A model generated the notes under the pieces. The model did no database searches, was not told the origin of the DNA, and was given only the letters and a program-made list of their open reading frames with translations. Shown here one piece after another: positions 1-10,018 of a stretch of DNA of 24,000 bases; the first letter of the stretch is position 1, and the number at the start of each line of letters is the position of its first letter. Location: NCBI GenBank assembly GCA_963664145.1, contig OY760906.1, positions 881,725 through 905,724 on the forward strand, given 5' to 3'. This DNA is from Bacteroidales bacterium. Lineage in GTDB: Bacteria; Bacteroidota; Bacteroidia; Bacteroidales; UBA5342. A program made the translations under genes and the position numbers.

Positions 1-1
1 A

Positions 2-2137
2 GGGTGGTATAGAACGCATTTTGATGCTTCGGCTGATAGAAAAGTGACTTTGGTCTTTGATGGAGCTATGAGTGAGGCTCGTGTGTTTGTTAATGGTAAG
101 GAGGCTTGTTTTTGGCCTTATGGCTATAATTCTTTTTTCTGTGATGTTACAGGCTTATTGAATCAGAGTGGAAAGAATAATGTTCTTTCGGTTCGTCTTG
201 AAAATAAGCCACAATCTTCTCGTTGGTATCCCGGTGCCGGTTTGTATCGTAATGTGCATGTTGTACAGACCGATATAGTTCATATTCCGGTGTGGGGGAC
301 ACAGGTTATAACGCCTTTTGTTTCAGATTCTTTGGCTTCTGTTCAATTGTTGTCTACTATAGAAGGTGTTGGAGAGAATGATATACGTGTATTAACAGAG
401 ATTTATTCTTCGGAAGGGAAAAAGGTTAGTCAAAGTGATGACACGCGTAAGGTAAATCATGAGCGCGTTTTTGAACAGAATTTTGTAGTAGAACAGCCGA
501 TATTATGGTCTCCGGAACACCCTTATTTGTATAAAGCAGTCTCACGTATTTATAAGGAAGGTAAGAAAGTTGATGAATACACAACTTCCTTTGGTATACG
601 TAGTATTCAAATTGTTCCCGATAAAGGTTTTTATTTGAATGGGAAAAGACGTAAATTCCAAGGGGTTTGTCTTCATCACGATTTAGGTCCGTTAGGTGCT
701 GCAATAAATGAATCGGCTATACGTCATCAACTGGTGATGTTAAAAGATATGGGGTGTGATGCAATACGTACAGCGCACAATATGCCAACTCCGGAATTGG
801 TAAAGCTTTGCGATGAAATGGGATTTATGATGATGTTAGAGCCTTTTGATGAGTGGGATATTGCCAAATGTAAGAACGGGTATCATCGTTTTTTTGATGA
901 ATGGGCTGAAAAGGATATGATTAATATGTTACATCAGTATCGTAATCATCCTTCTGTAGTGATGTGGAGTATTGGGAACGAAGTCCCTACGCAGTGTAAT
1001 AATAAGGGCTACGAAGTGGCTACATTTTTACAAGATATTTGTCATCGCGAAGATCCCGGTCGTCCTGTTACTTGCGGAATGGATCAGATTAGTTGTGTGC
1101 TTGACAATGGTTTTGCAGCTTTGCTTGATGTGCCGGGGTTTAATTATCGTGTGCATCGTTACGAGGAGGCATATAAACGTTTGCCACAGAAGGTAATACT
1201 GGGAAGCGAAACGTCATCTACTGTAAGTTCTCGCGGTGTATATAAAATACCGGTGGAAATAAAAGCAGATGCCAAATATGCTGATCATCAGTCTTCTTCT
1301 TATGATATGGAATATTGTTCATGGTCTAATCTGCCTGATGCCGATCTGGCGTTATCTGACGACAAAGAGTGGACAATGGGGCAATTTGTTTGGACCGGAT
1401 TTGATTATTTGGGCGAACCTTCTCCATATGATACCGATGCTTGGCCTAATCATAGTTCTTTGTTTGGTATCATTGATTTAGCAAGTATTCCTAAAGATCG
1501 CTATTATTTGTATAAAAGTATTTGGAATAAAACCGAGAATACTTTGCACATATTGCCACATTGGACGTGGAATGGAAAAGAAGGTGAGAAAATCCCGGTT
1601 TATGTTTACACCAATTATTATTGTGCTGAAATATTTGTAAACGGAAAGAGTTATGGAAAACAGTACCGAAGCAATGAGAGTTTACAGCATCGTTATCGTT
1701 TGATGTGGAATGATGTGGTTTATGACCCCGGTGAACTAAAAGTAGTTGCTTATGACAAAAATGGAAATGCTGTTGATGAAGCAGCTGTACATACTGCCGG
1801 AAAACCGCATCATCTTGAATTATCGGTTGACCATGATACATTGATGTCTAACGGGAAGGATTTGGCTTATGTTACTGTAAATGTAGTGGATAAAGATGGA
1901 AAACTGTGTCCGCATGATGGGCGACTTATACATTTTACTGTAAGTGGCGCTGCTAATTATCGCGCAGCAGCCAATGGAGATCCTACCTGTCTTGATTTAT
2001 TTCATTTACCTCATATGCATGCTTTTAGTGGGCAATTAACCGCTATTGTAGAATCCACGGAACAACCCGGGAATGCGATTTTTCAGGCAAAAGCTAAAGG
2101 GCTGAAAGGCGCAAAAATAATGATTAAGATAAAATAG
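2..2137 (+). CDS. Glycoside hydrolase family 2 (beta-galactosidase-like), 5' end cut by window edge
   Basis: The frame is open from base 2 (GWYRTHFDASADRKVTLVFDGAM...), so tracked ORF 44..2137 is only the part after the first in-window Met. GH2 hallmarks: SSRWYPGAGLYRNVHV, a TIM-barrel segment with WSIGNE (acid/base Glu) and ILGSETSS (nucleophile Glu), and C-terminal Ig-like domains. Confidence 0.85.
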   Translation, partial: GWYRTHFDASADRKVTLVFDGAMSEARVFVNGKEACFWPYGYNSFFCDVTGLLNQSGKNNVLSVRLENKPQSSRWYPGAGLYRNVHVVQTDIVHIPVWGTQVITPFVSDSLASVQLLSTIEGVGENDIRVLTEIYSSEGKKVSQSDDTRKVNHERVFEQNFVVEQPILWSPEHPYLYKAVSRIYKEGKKVDEYTTSFGIRSIQIVPDKGFYLNGKRRKFQGVCLHHDLGPLGAAINESAIRHQLVMLKDMGCDAIRTAHNMPTPELVKLCDEMGFMMMLEPFDEWDIAKCKNGYHRFFDEWAEKDMINMLHQYRNHPSVVMWSIGNEVPTQCNNKGYEVATFLQDICHREDPGRPVTCGMDQISCVLDNGFAALLDVPGFNYRVHRYEEAYKRLPQKVILGSETSSTVSSRGVYKIPVEIKADAKYADHQSSSYDMEYCSWSNLPDADLALSDDKEWTMGQFVWTGFDYLGEPSPYDTDAWPNHSSLFGIIDLASIPKDRYYLYKSIWNKTENTLHILPHWTWNGKEGEKIPVYVYTNYYCAEIFVNGKSYGKQYRSNESLQHRYRLMWNDVVYDPGELKVVAYDKNGNAVDEAAVHTAGKPHHLELSVDHDTLMSNGKDLAYVTVNVVDKDGKLCPHDGRLIHFTVSGAANYRAAANGDPTCLDLFHLPHMHAFSGQLTAIVESTEQPGNAIFQAKAKGLKGAKIMIKIK

Positions 2138-2158
2138 ATTTGGGGTTTTCAGGAAAGT

Positions 2159-2214
2159 AGAGCTCTGGATATTTGTGTTTTTTTATACATCTATCTGAGA
2201 GCTCTGTTTTTTTT
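2159..2214 (+). terminator. Putative rho-independent terminator after the GH2 gene
   Basis: Two copies of the self-complementary octamer AGAGCTCT (2159-2166 and 2198-2205) can pair as an 8-bp stem. A T8 run (2207-2214) follows directly. The structure starts 22 nt after the stop codon. The loop is large (~31 nt), so confidence is moderate. Confidence 0.45.
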
Positions 2215-2458
2215 GAGAAAAACAGTTTGATAAGAGGTTTTATTATCCTTATGTCTTATTTTTGTTAAGACAACCGTTCGTTATTGAGGAATGAATTAGG
2301 CGTATTTATGATAACTGTTGAAAGTGAAGTGAGTGCAAGTGCATAAAAAACGGTTTTATTGGCCATTATGCCCGATTTGTAGGTTGTATTTGTAAAGTGC
2401 CTGATCTTTAGAAGTCTAGCTGGCTGTAGTTTTTTCCCGATTTCGTTAACCATTTTTT

Positions 2459-5400
2459 ATGTCTAAAAAACTCGTTTCGTTATTTATTCTGTTTCTTTCT
2501 TTTCTTTTAGTGGTAAAAGGACAGAAATCGCAATACCGAACTTTTGATAATATTTATCCTGAGGTCGGGGCTTCTGTTGTCTCTTTTTTTGTTCAAGATA
2601 ATCAGGGAGTTATTTGGATAGGTTCCAACAAAGGACTTTTTAGTTATGATGGTTATGTCGTGCAATCTCATTTTTCATCCGGTAATGCAACAAATACGCA
2701 GATTTATTGTGGTGTAATTGTAGATACTACATTATTGTATCTCGGATCGGATAATGGGTTGCTGATTTATAATGTTAAAACAGATAAGTATGAAGATGTT
2801 GCGGTTGATTTTCCTTCCGATATTAGAACGATGGCATTGCAGGGGGATACCGTGTGGTTGGGGACATTAAATGGTCTTTATTGCTATTCTATTAGTTCTG
2901 AAAACCTGAAATATTTTGATGTTAAGACTTATAAGAATATGCCACATAAAACGGTTTATTCTATTGCTGTTACTAAGGATAGGAGCGTTTATGTGGGGAC
3001 TTATGATGGTTTTTGTCGTTTTCTGCTCGAAAGCAACGAGTTTTCTAACATAGAGTTACCGGTCAATCCGCAAAAGAATAATCAATTCATTAATGTTTTA
3101 TTGGAAGATACTATTCGTAAGTGTCTGTGGTTGGGCATGGAAGGAAATCTGTTAAAATATGATTTAACATCAAAGGTTGTGTCCAGTATTGAAGGATTTA
3201 AAGATAATTCAGTAAAATCTCTAGCTTTAGATGTCGGGGCTAATCTTCTTATTGGCACTGATAATGGATTGTACATTTATGCTGAAAACCGAACGTTGCA
3301 GCATGTGCTTCATGATTCCAGAAATTCTAATTCGCTTTGTAATAATATTATTTGGAATATTTATAAAGACAGAAATCGTAATATCTGGTTGGGGACTAAT
3401 TATGGTATTTCGTTATCGCGTAATAGCAGATTGTTGGAGTATGTTCCTATTTATGAAATATCACATACAGGTGATGGAAATCAATTTTACAATATTTATA
3501 AAGATTCAAGAAATAACTTTTGGTTTGGTGGAAGCAATGGCATTATTCGGGTTAATAAACGAAATGGCGAATGGGTGAATCCTATTTGGTACAATATGGA
3601 CGACAAAAGAAATCCTTTACCACATGGGCGAATAAGAAATATATACGAAGATAGGGACAATGACTTGTGGATTGCAACAGATGGAAGTATCTGTAAGTAC
3701 GATTATGTGAAAGAGCAATTTATTCCTTACAATATTGTAGATAGTAGTGCTGCTCTCAATACTAATTGGGCGTATAATATTTTTGAAGATGAAAGTGGAA
3801 AATTGTGGATAGCTACGTGTCTAGGAGGAATTTTTGTGGTTGATAAGGCAAATCTGTTAGAGCATAATGGGGAACCCTATGTGGCTGATTATAATTACAC
3901 TAAACAAAATGGTTTGTCGGGAATGTTTATCAATCAGATAGTTGCGGACAAAGAAGGTTATGTATGGGTGCTTTTGTATAACAATGGAATTGATAAAATA
4001 ACAACAAAGAGTAAAGCGGTAGAAAAATTTCCATTACAACAATATATTGGGACGGCACAACCATCTTATATACTTTGTGGCAAAACAGGTTATGTTTGGG
4101 TAGGATATAATAAAGGAGTCGTACGTATTAAGCCAGAAAATAATTGTGCTGATGTTATTCCGTTTCAGGAAATCACAGAAAACAGTGAAGTGCTGTCGAT
4201 GATTGAGATTTCGGGAAAGCTTTGGGTCTCGACTACTGATGGTTTTTGGATTGTGGATGAAATAAGGCTGAAAGCTCAGAACTCAAATTTGTCTGAGCGT
4301 CGATTCTTGTCTATGTATTATGATGATATTGAGGAGCAGATATATCTCGGAGATGTTGATGGTTTTGCTGTTACTTCACCTCAGGTCATTCAAAAAACGG
4401 TTGAAAGACGGTCAATTGTGGCAACAGCTTTGTTTGTCAATAATGATTTGTATAAATCAACTGAAAAGAGTATTCGTTATCTTAAACAGGTTGATTTGAA
4501 TTATCGCCAAAATTCTATTGCGTTGGAAGTTTCTGATTTCCCTTTTTTTCAAGAGGGGAAGAGCACTTTTATGTATAGATTAAGAGAGGTAGAATCTAAT
4601 TGGAATCTTTTATCGGGTAATAGTAATCGCATAGCGTATAATAATCTAAAAAGTGGAACGTATTGCCTAGAAGTGTGCCGGCTAGATTTGTCTGATAAGT
4701 CATTGAAATCACCTTATACCATTAGCTTTATTATTCATCCGCCTTGGTATTATACTTTATGTGCTAAGAGTGTTTATCTTATATTGTTACTAAGTTTTAT
4801 AGTGTGGATTGTCAATTTTTTCAGAGTAAAAAACCGTTTGAAATATGAGCGACTGGAGAAAGAGAAAATAATGGAACAGTCGCGTATGAAAATGGATTTT
4901 TTGGCTAATTTATCGCACGAGTTAAAGACGCCATTAAGCATGGTTATTGCACCTATTAGTCGTATTTTACCAAAAATAAAAGATCAAACACAGAAACAGC
5001 AATTAAAATTAGTACAACATAATGCAATAAAGATTAATTCTTTAACACATAGGATGTTGGATTTTAATAGGATGGAGGAGCGCTCTGATTCAATGTTGAT
5101 TCTTTCTCATATTGAATTGGTCTCTTTTGTTAAAAAACTATTTACCATTTTTCGTGAAGCAGAAGATGAAGACAGAGTGGGGTTCAAATTTGTTTCAAAC
5201 AGAGACCAAATTTATCTTGATTTGGATGAAGTAAAATGGGAATCTATATTGACCAATTTGTTGTCCAATGCTGTAAAATATACTCCTGATGGTGGCGAAA
5301 TTGTATTATCTATAAGTTTTTACGAAGATACAGGCGAATTGGAAATAAGTGTGACTGATACCGGTATAGGCATTCCGGAGAAGGATATTCCATATATTTT

Positions 5401-6382
5401 TCAGCGTTTTTTTCAATCTTCTAAAACGGTAGATAAAAAGGAAGGAACAGGAATTGGACTGTATCTGGTCAAAAATTATGCTGAACTTCATGGAGGGAAA
5501 ATAAGCGTAACATCTCAGGAAGATAAAGGTTCTACTTTTACCATAACATTGCCACTTTATGAAGATGTGGATGCCAGTAAGGTGGTGGCAACAAAGAAGG
5601 AAGTGATCTCTAATAGTGAAAATGATAAGAATAAACCTTTGATTTTAGTTGTTGATGATGATATGGAGATGGCTTCTCTTATGCGTGATATCTTACAGTA
5701 TAATTACAGATGCTTGTTTGCTAAGGATGGAAAAAATGGCATTGATATTTGTTATAAAGAAATGCCAGATCTGATAATTTCGGATGTCATGATGCCTCAA
5801 ATGAATGGATTAGAGATGTGCCACAAAATAAAATCACATCAACCTACATCTACAATACCCATCATAATACTAACAGGCAAGGATGATAGAACTACTGAGT
5901 TAGAGAGTATAAAAGAGAATATTGATGCTTTTATAGCCAAACCTTTTGAGCCGGACATCTTGCTTTCCAGGATTGAACAATTGCTCAGAAAAAAACAACG
6001 GATGGAGAAGAAAATCAGAATGGAAATGATTAGTGCTCCAAAAGAGTCTCAAACAGTGTCACTTGACGAGAGATTTCTACTAAATATTACTGAAATAATA
6101 GAAGATCATCTTGCGGATTATAAACTAAATGTTGCAGCATTGTCAGAGATTTCCGGTATTAATAATAAACAGATTTATCGTAAAATAAAACAGCTGACCG
6201 GTATGTCGCCGGTTGAGTACATTAAGTCTGTCAGAATGAAAAAAGCAGCAATGCTGTTGCGTCAACAAAAATTCTCTGTTGCTGAAGTTATGTACCTTGT
6301 GGGCTTCTCAAACCATTCTTATTTCTCAAAGTGTTTTAAAGCTGAATTTAATATGACGCCTTGGCAGTATAAGGAGGTTTAG
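2459..6382 (+). CDS. Hybrid two-component system sensor histidine kinase/response regulator with AraC-type HTH (HTCS)
   Basis: 1307 aa. N-terminal signal/anchor. Long periplasmic beta-propeller repeat region (VIWIGSNKGLFSY, TVWLGTLNGLYCY, NIWLGTNYGISLS, KLWIATCLGGIFV). Y_Y_Y-like segment (FMYRLREVESNWNLL...GTYCLEV). TM helix VYLILLLSFIVWIVNFF. H-box FLANLSHELKTPL. HATPase boxes (VTDTGIGIP, GTGIGLYLVK). Receiver domain (LVVDDD...ISDVMMPQMNG...KPF). C-terminal AraC HTH (GFSNHSYFSKCFKAEFNMTPWQY). Confidence 0.92.
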   Translation: MSKKLVSLFILFLSFLLVVKGQKSQYRTFDNIYPEVGASVVSFFVQDNQGVIWIGSNKGLFSYDGYVVQSHFSSGNATNTQIYCGVIVDTTLLYLGSDNGLLIYNVKTDKYEDVAVDFPSDIRTMALQGDTVWLGTLNGLYCYSISSENLKYFDVKTYKNMPHKTVYSIAVTKDRSVYVGTYDGFCRFLLESNEFSNIELPVNPQKNNQFINVLLEDTIRKCLWLGMEGNLLKYDLTSKVVSSIEGFKDNSVKSLALDVGANLLIGTDNGLYIYAENRTLQHVLHDSRNSNSLCNNIIWNIYKDRNRNIWLGTNYGISLSRNSRLLEYVPIYEISHTGDGNQFYNIYKDSRNNFWFGGSNGIIRVNKRNGEWVNPIWYNMDDKRNPLPHGRIRNIYEDRDNDLWIATDGSICKYDYVKEQFIPYNIVDSSAALNTNWAYNIFEDESGKLWIATCLGGIFVVDKANLLEHNGEPYVADYNYTKQNGLSGMFINQIVADKEGYVWVLLYNNGIDKITTKSKAVEKFPLQQYIGTAQPSYILCGKTGYVWVGYNKGVVRIKPENNCADVIPFQEITENSEVLSMIEISGKLWVSTTDGFWIVDEIRLKAQNSNLSERRFLSMYYDDIEEQIYLGDVDGFAVTSPQVIQKTVERRSIVATALFVNNDLYKSTEKSIRYLKQVDLNYRQNSIALEVSDFPFFQEGKSTFMYRLREVESNWNLLSGNSNRIAYNNLKSGTYCLEVCRLDLSDKSLKSPYTISFIIHPPWYYTLCAKSVYLILLLSFIVWIVNFFRVKNRLKYERLEKEKIMEQSRMKMDFLANLSHELKTPLSMVIAPISRILPKIKDQTQKQQLKLVQHNAIKINSLTHRMLDFNRMEERSDSMLILSHIELVSFVKKLFTIFREAEDEDRVGFKFVSNRDQIYLDLDEVKWESILTNLLSNAVKYTPDGGEIVLSISFYEDTGELEISVTDTGIGIPEKDIPYIFQRFFQSSKTVDKKEGTGIGLYLVKNYAELHGGKISVTSQEDKGSTFTITLPLYEDVDASKVVATKKEVISNSENDKNKPLILVVDDDMEMASLMRDILQYNYRCLFAKDGKNGIDICYKEMPDLIISDVMMPQMNGLEMCHKIKSHQPTSTIPIIILTGKDDRTTELESIKENIDAFIAKPFEPDILLSRIEQLLRKKQRMEKKIRMEMISAPKESQTVSLDERFLLNITEIIEDHLADYKLNVAALSEISGINNKQIYRKIKQLTGMSPVEYIKSVRMKKAAMLLRQQKFSVAEVMYLVGFSNHSYFSKCFKAEFNMTPWQYKEV

Positions 6383-6468
6383 GTGTGGCAATAAGTTTAT
6401 TGAATTACCAACAATAGCATTTCATATTAAAAAGTCGTAACAAAGGAGGTATTGTTTTATTATAACGC

Positions 6469-6476
6469 TATCTTTG
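6469..6476 (+). promoter_or_regulatory. Bacteroides-type -7 promoter box (TAtcTTTG)
   Basis: Exact match to the TAnnTTTG -7 consensus of Bacteroidetes sigma-A promoters, 13 nt upstream of ATG 6489. The upstream -33 TTTG element is poor. Confidence 0.4.
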
Positions 6477-6488
6477 CGCCCGATTTTT

Positions 6489-6836
6489 ATGAAAAAGCAG
6501 AGAGACATATTAAAGGTAAGTGTTGCATTGTCACTATTACTGTTTTCTGTCGCAGTTCGTGGACATATGTTTATGTGGTGTGGCTGCTCTGAAAATCATG
6601 AGTTATATTCCTCAATAAAGCATTTGTTTGGGGATATTCTTATACAGGATAATGTCCATCATGCCGATTTCTGCTATGCTGATGATACATCTCACGATGA
6701 TGATGTTAAGTACCTTGCTCATACCGATGAGAGAGGGTTGATATCTCTTGAAAGTAGTATTTCATGGGGCTTTTTATCTGATGACATTTTTCTGGTTTTC
6801 TTTTATTCCTCTGATACTTCACCTCCTGTTGCATAA
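6489..6836 (+). CDS. Hypothetical small secreted/anchored protein, His/Asp/Cys-rich
   Basis: The ATG at 6489 (the track uses TTG 6474) gives MKKQRDILKVSVALSLLLFSVAVRG, a signal-like N-terminus. This is followed by HMFMWCGCSENHE and HHADFCYADDTSHDDD. The ORF is flanked by a -7 box upstream and a perfect 8-bp hairpin 12 nt after the stop. I recognise no family, and it may not be coding. Confidence 0.3.
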   Translation: MKKQRDILKVSVALSLLLFSVAVRGHMFMWCGCSENHELYSSIKHLFGDILIQDNVHHADFCYADDTSHDDDVKYLAHTDERGLISLESSISWGFLSDDIFLVFFYSSDTSPPVA

Positions 6837-6848
6837 TCTTGCTAAGTT

Positions 6849-6868
6849 GTCTTTTTCTTGAAAAAGAC
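6849..6868 (+). terminator. Perfect 8-bp hairpin (GTCTTTTT-CTTG-AAAAAGAC) after the small ORF
   Basis: Stem 6849-6856 / 6861-6868, loop CTTG, followed by TTAATATTT. The stem is AT-rich, so it would be a weak terminator or a processing site. Confidence 0.35.
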
Positions 6869-6948
6869 TTAATATTTGCAGCATAGTTATGTGACTGTCT
6901 GCCTTTTTTAAACCCGTTGCCGAGATAAGGTGACAAAAAAAAATTCAA

Positions 6949-8337
6949 ATGTTTATATTAATGTTAATTGTATTCATCGTTGGATACGTATTTATTGCGC
7001 TTGAGCATGTTGTGAAAATTAATAAAGCAGCTATTGCATTGTTAATTGGGGTATTGTGTTGGACTATTTATGCTCTTGGTGGAGAGCATATCTTATCATT
7101 AGGTTATAGTGCTGCATGGGTAGAGTATTTAGCAAAGAATCCGAGTTTGACAATGACGGCGGAATCGGTTAGACACTTTATCACAAATCATGAATTGATA
7201 GAGCATTTGGGAGAAACATCTTCTACATTGTTTTTCTTGTTAGGTGCCATGACTATCGTTGAGTTGATTGATAAATATCAAGGATTTAGAATTATCACCT
7301 CAAAGATTGAAAGTACAAGTATTGTTCGGCTGTTGTGGATTGTGTCATTATTGACTTTCTTTATGTCTGCGTTGTTAGATAACCTGACTACAACAATTAT
7401 TATTCTTACATTATTAAATAAATTAATTTCCAAGAAGAATTTCCGTTTGGTTTTTGCCGGTGTTGTGGTGATGGCTGCTAATGCCGGAGGGGCATGGTCT
7501 CCTATTGGTGATGTTACCACTATTATGTTGTGGATTGGAGGTCAGGTAACAGCCGGTTCTATTGTAACGTCATTGTTTTTACCAAGTTTGGTTAATGTCG
7601 TTGTGGTAACGTTGATAACGTCTATGTTTGTAAAAGGACATCGTATTCCTCCTAAGTTGCCACAATCTGAAACCGAATCATTTACTTCAGAGAGGGTTCA
7701 AAAATCAATGTTGATTATTGGCGTATTGGCATTAGTTTCTGTTCCAATTTTTAAAGGCTATACACATCTTCCTCCTTTTATGGGAATGTTGTTAGGTTTG
7801 GCGGTGCTATGGGCTATCACTGATCTTTTGATTGAACATGTTGATGCTTTAGATGAGCGTAAGTTTACAGTTACGGCAGCGTTGAGATCGGTAGATATTT
7901 CTACTATTTTATTTTTTTTAGGGATCTTGACTGCTGTTGCAGCATTGCAGTCTGCCGGTCACTTGCTGGAGTTGTCTGAATGGTTAAGTGCACACGTGCC
8001 TAATATCTATGTGACCAATATTATTATTGGAATTGTTTCTTCAATTGTTGATAATGTGCCATTGGTAGCGGCATCTATGGGGATGTACGATATTCAGCCA
8101 AATATGGCAATGGGAGCAATGCAAAGCTTTGTTCAAAACGGAGATTTCTGGAATTTGTTAGCTTATTGTGCAGGTACAGGAGGTAGTTTATTGATCATAG
8201 GTTCTGCTGCCGGAGTTGCTGCAATGGGGATTGAAAAGATAAATTTCATTTGGTACGCTAAACGTATTGGTGGAGTTGCCTTTGTCGGTTATCTTGCTGG
8301 TGTAGGAGTGTATTTCTTGCAAACACTCATTTTTTAA
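6949..8337 (+). CDS. nhaD: NhaD-type Na+/H+ antiporter (ArsB/NhaD permease superfamily)
   Basis: 462 aa, hydrophobic along its whole length (about a dozen TM segments). Family-typical segments: GYVFIALEHVVKINKAAIALL, SALLDNLTTT, ANAGGAWSPIGDVTT, VDNVPLVAA. Confidence 0.75.
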   Translation: MFILMLIVFIVGYVFIALEHVVKINKAAIALLIGVLCWTIYALGGEHILSLGYSAAWVEYLAKNPSLTMTAESVRHFITNHELIEHLGETSSTLFFLLGAMTIVELIDKYQGFRIITSKIESTSIVRLLWIVSLLTFFMSALLDNLTTTIIILTLLNKLISKKNFRLVFAGVVVMAANAGGAWSPIGDVTTIMLWIGGQVTAGSIVTSLFLPSLVNVVVVTLITSMFVKGHRIPPKLPQSETESFTSERVQKSMLIIGVLALVSVPIFKGYTHLPPFMGMLLGLAVLWAITDLLIEHVDALDERKFTVTAALRSVDISTILFFLGILTAVAALQSAGHLLELSEWLSAHVPNIYVTNIIIGIVSSIVDNVPLVAASMGMYDIQPNMAMGAMQSFVQNGDFWNLLAYCAGTGGSLLIIGSAAGVAAMGIEKINFIWYAKRIGGVAFVGYLAGVGVYFLQTLIF

Positions 8338-8375
8338 TAGACTGAGATAGGTTAGTAATAGGTTAATAGAGAGGG

Positions 8376-8419
8376 AAGTCTCGGTGTTCTTTTATTGAAT
8401 ATCGGGACTTTTTGTTTTG
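8376..8419 (+). terminator. Putative terminator after nhaD
   Basis: AAGTCTCG (8376-8383) pairs with CGGGACTT (8403-8410), 8 bp including one G-U pair. It runs into TTTTTGTTTT (to 8419). The loop is 19 nt. Confidence 0.4.
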
Positions 8420-8443
8420 GGAAATACTTCACATCATTTTTAT

Positions 8444-8451
8444 TACATTTG
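8444..8451 (+). promoter_or_regulatory. Candidate men-operon promoter -7 box (TAcaTTTG)
   Basis: Exact TAnnTTTG match 20 nt upstream of the thioesterase ATG. TTTG motifs at 8411-8419 lie 24-29 nt upstream, slightly beyond the canonical spacing. Confidence 0.4.
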
Positions 8452-8471
8452 TAAGTCAATAATTTTAGGAG

Positions 8472-8903
8472 ATGAAAAAACTATTAAATATAGAGAAAAA
8501 CGCCTCGTTAGAAGAATTAAATGCTGTAAGTAAGGGGACACTGATGGAGAGCCTTGGTATAGTTTATACGGTTGTAAATGAGGGATATGTAGAGGGTGAA
8601 ATGATGGTGAATGAACGTACCATACAGCCTTGGAAAATTTTGCATGGCGGGGCTGCGTTAGCGCTTGCTGAGACGCTTGGTGGTCTTGGTTCTCAATTGA
8701 TTATTGATTCGGAAAAATATGTTGCTGTAGGGAGTCAGGTATCCGCAAATCACGTTGGAATGTCGAAGGGTGAAAAAGTGATTGGAGAGGCCAAAATTAT
8801 TCATAAAGGAAGAAGAACGCACGTTTGGAATATTGATGTGAAGAATGAAGATGGCAGCTTGGTTTCTACTGTTCGTTTGACCAATCAAATTATTGAAAAT
8901 TGA
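8472..8903 (+). CDS. Hotdog-fold PaaI/YdiI-type thioesterase, probable 1,4-dihydroxy-2-naphthoyl-CoA hydrolase
   Basis: 143 aa. Has the ILHGGAALALAETLGG and GRRTHVWNIDV segments typical of PaaI-family thioesterases. It is the first gene of the men cluster and ends 2 nt before the menF ATG. Confidence 0.7.
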   Translation: MKKLLNIEKNASLEELNAVSKGTLMESLGIVYTVVNEGYVEGEMMVNERTIQPWKILHGGAALALAETLGGLGSQLIIDSEKYVAVGSQVSANHVGMSKGEKVIGEAKIIHKGRRTHVWNIDVKNEDGSLVSTVRLTNQIIEN

Positions 8904-8905
8904 GG

Positions 8906-10000
8906 ATGAATGCAGAGTTGAACCAATGGATAAATTCACTCTTGGGAGGAGATATGTCGTTTGCTCTTTATTTTTTGCCTGATGAATCGGAGATTGATTT
9001 TGTAGCAGGAAATTTAGAGGCTTTTGATTATGATAAAATAGATAATCTGCCGACTAATGGGTTTGTTTTTGCGCCGTATAAAGGAAGTGATAAGCAACTT
9101 TATTTTTTGATTAAAGAAGATTATTATGCTCATGGTATTGATGCTGTATTAAAGCTGAGGAGTCAAATTAATACAACGGTTAGTCTGTCTGTTAGTCAAC
9201 AAGAATCGCCAACAGAAGATGTTTCGAAAGAGCAATTTGAAACGATAGTAAAGAAGGCTGTAGAGATTATAAAATCAGATAATGTTTTGCTGAAAGTGGT
9301 GTTGTCAAGGAGTAAGACGGTGACATTGCCTGATGATTTTGATGCTGTGGCTATGTTGTACCGAATGAAAAAACGGATGCCACGTGCATTTTGTTATATG
9401 ATTTATACACCACAACAAGGATTGTGGATGGGAGCGACTCCTGAGCGTTTATTGCTGATTGAAAAGGGAAAAGCTCAGACGTATGCTTTGGCAGGGACGT
9501 TGCCGGCTAATTCCGATGATGCCTGGACGGAAAAAGAAAAGGATGAGCAGCAAATAGTGACGGATTATATTGCGGAGCGGTTAACTTCTATTGGAGTAAC
9601 GGATTATGAAGTCGATGGACAAAAAGAAGTAGTAAGTGGATCGGTAAGGCATTTGCGGTCTGTTTTTAATTTTTCTTTGTCGGAAAATAATGTTTTTACT
9701 GTGATAAAGATATTGCACCCGACTCCTGCAATTTGTGGGATGCCGCAGCAATTGGCAAATGAGTTTATTGCCGAAAATGAAAACTATTCACGAGATTATT
9801 ATTCTGGTTTTCTCGGGTCTTTGGGGGTGAACGGACAAACGTCTGTTTTTGTGAATCTGAGATGTATGAAGGTAAAAGACGAAAAGGCTGTCTTATATGT
9901 GGGAGCCGGTATTACCGAAGGGTCAATCCCCGAAAAAGAATGGCAGGAAACTGAAACCAAAGCGTTAACTTTGTTGAAGCCTTTATATGAAGTGTCTTAA
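8906..10000 (+). CDS. menF: Isochorismate synthase
   Basis: Chorismate-binding enzyme C-terminal motifs: LHPTPAICGMP, YYSGFLGS, NLRCM, VGAGITEGSIPEKEWQETE. The start is placed at ATG 8906; the track's TTG 8900 overlaps the preceding stop codon. Confidence 0.85.
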   Translation: MNAELNQWINSLLGGDMSFALYFLPDESEIDFVAGNLEAFDYDKIDNLPTNGFVFAPYKGSDKQLYFLIKEDYYAHGIDAVLKLRSQINTTVSLSVSQQESPTEDVSKEQFETIVKKAVEIIKSDNVLLKVVLSRSKTVTLPDDFDAVAMLYRMKKRMPRAFCYMIYTPQQGLWMGATPERLLLIEKGKAQTYALAGTLPANSDDAWTEKEKDEQQIVTDYIAERLTSIGVTDYEVDGQKEVVSGSVRHLRSVFNFSLSENNVFTVIKILHPTPAICGMPQQLANEFIAENENYSRDYYSGFLGSLGVNGQTSVFVNLRCMKVKDEKAVLYVGAGITEGSIPEKEWQETETKALTLLKPLYEVS

Positions 10001-10018
10001 GTATCTAAAGGTATGATA

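Noticed and set aside
2265-2453. A 62-aa minus-strand ORF in the GH2-HTCS intergenic region.
   Set aside because: It has no recognisable family and an odd composition. It occupies the likely promoter/leader region of the HTCS gene and is the only candidate on the minus strand in an otherwise unidirectional window.
6427-6440. A shared motif, TTAAAA(A)GTCGTAA, at 6427-6440 and 12120-12132, both in intergenic DNA upstream of + strand genes.
   Set aside because: The exact match is only 11-12 nt with no flanking similarity. Several such matches are expected by chance in 24 kb.
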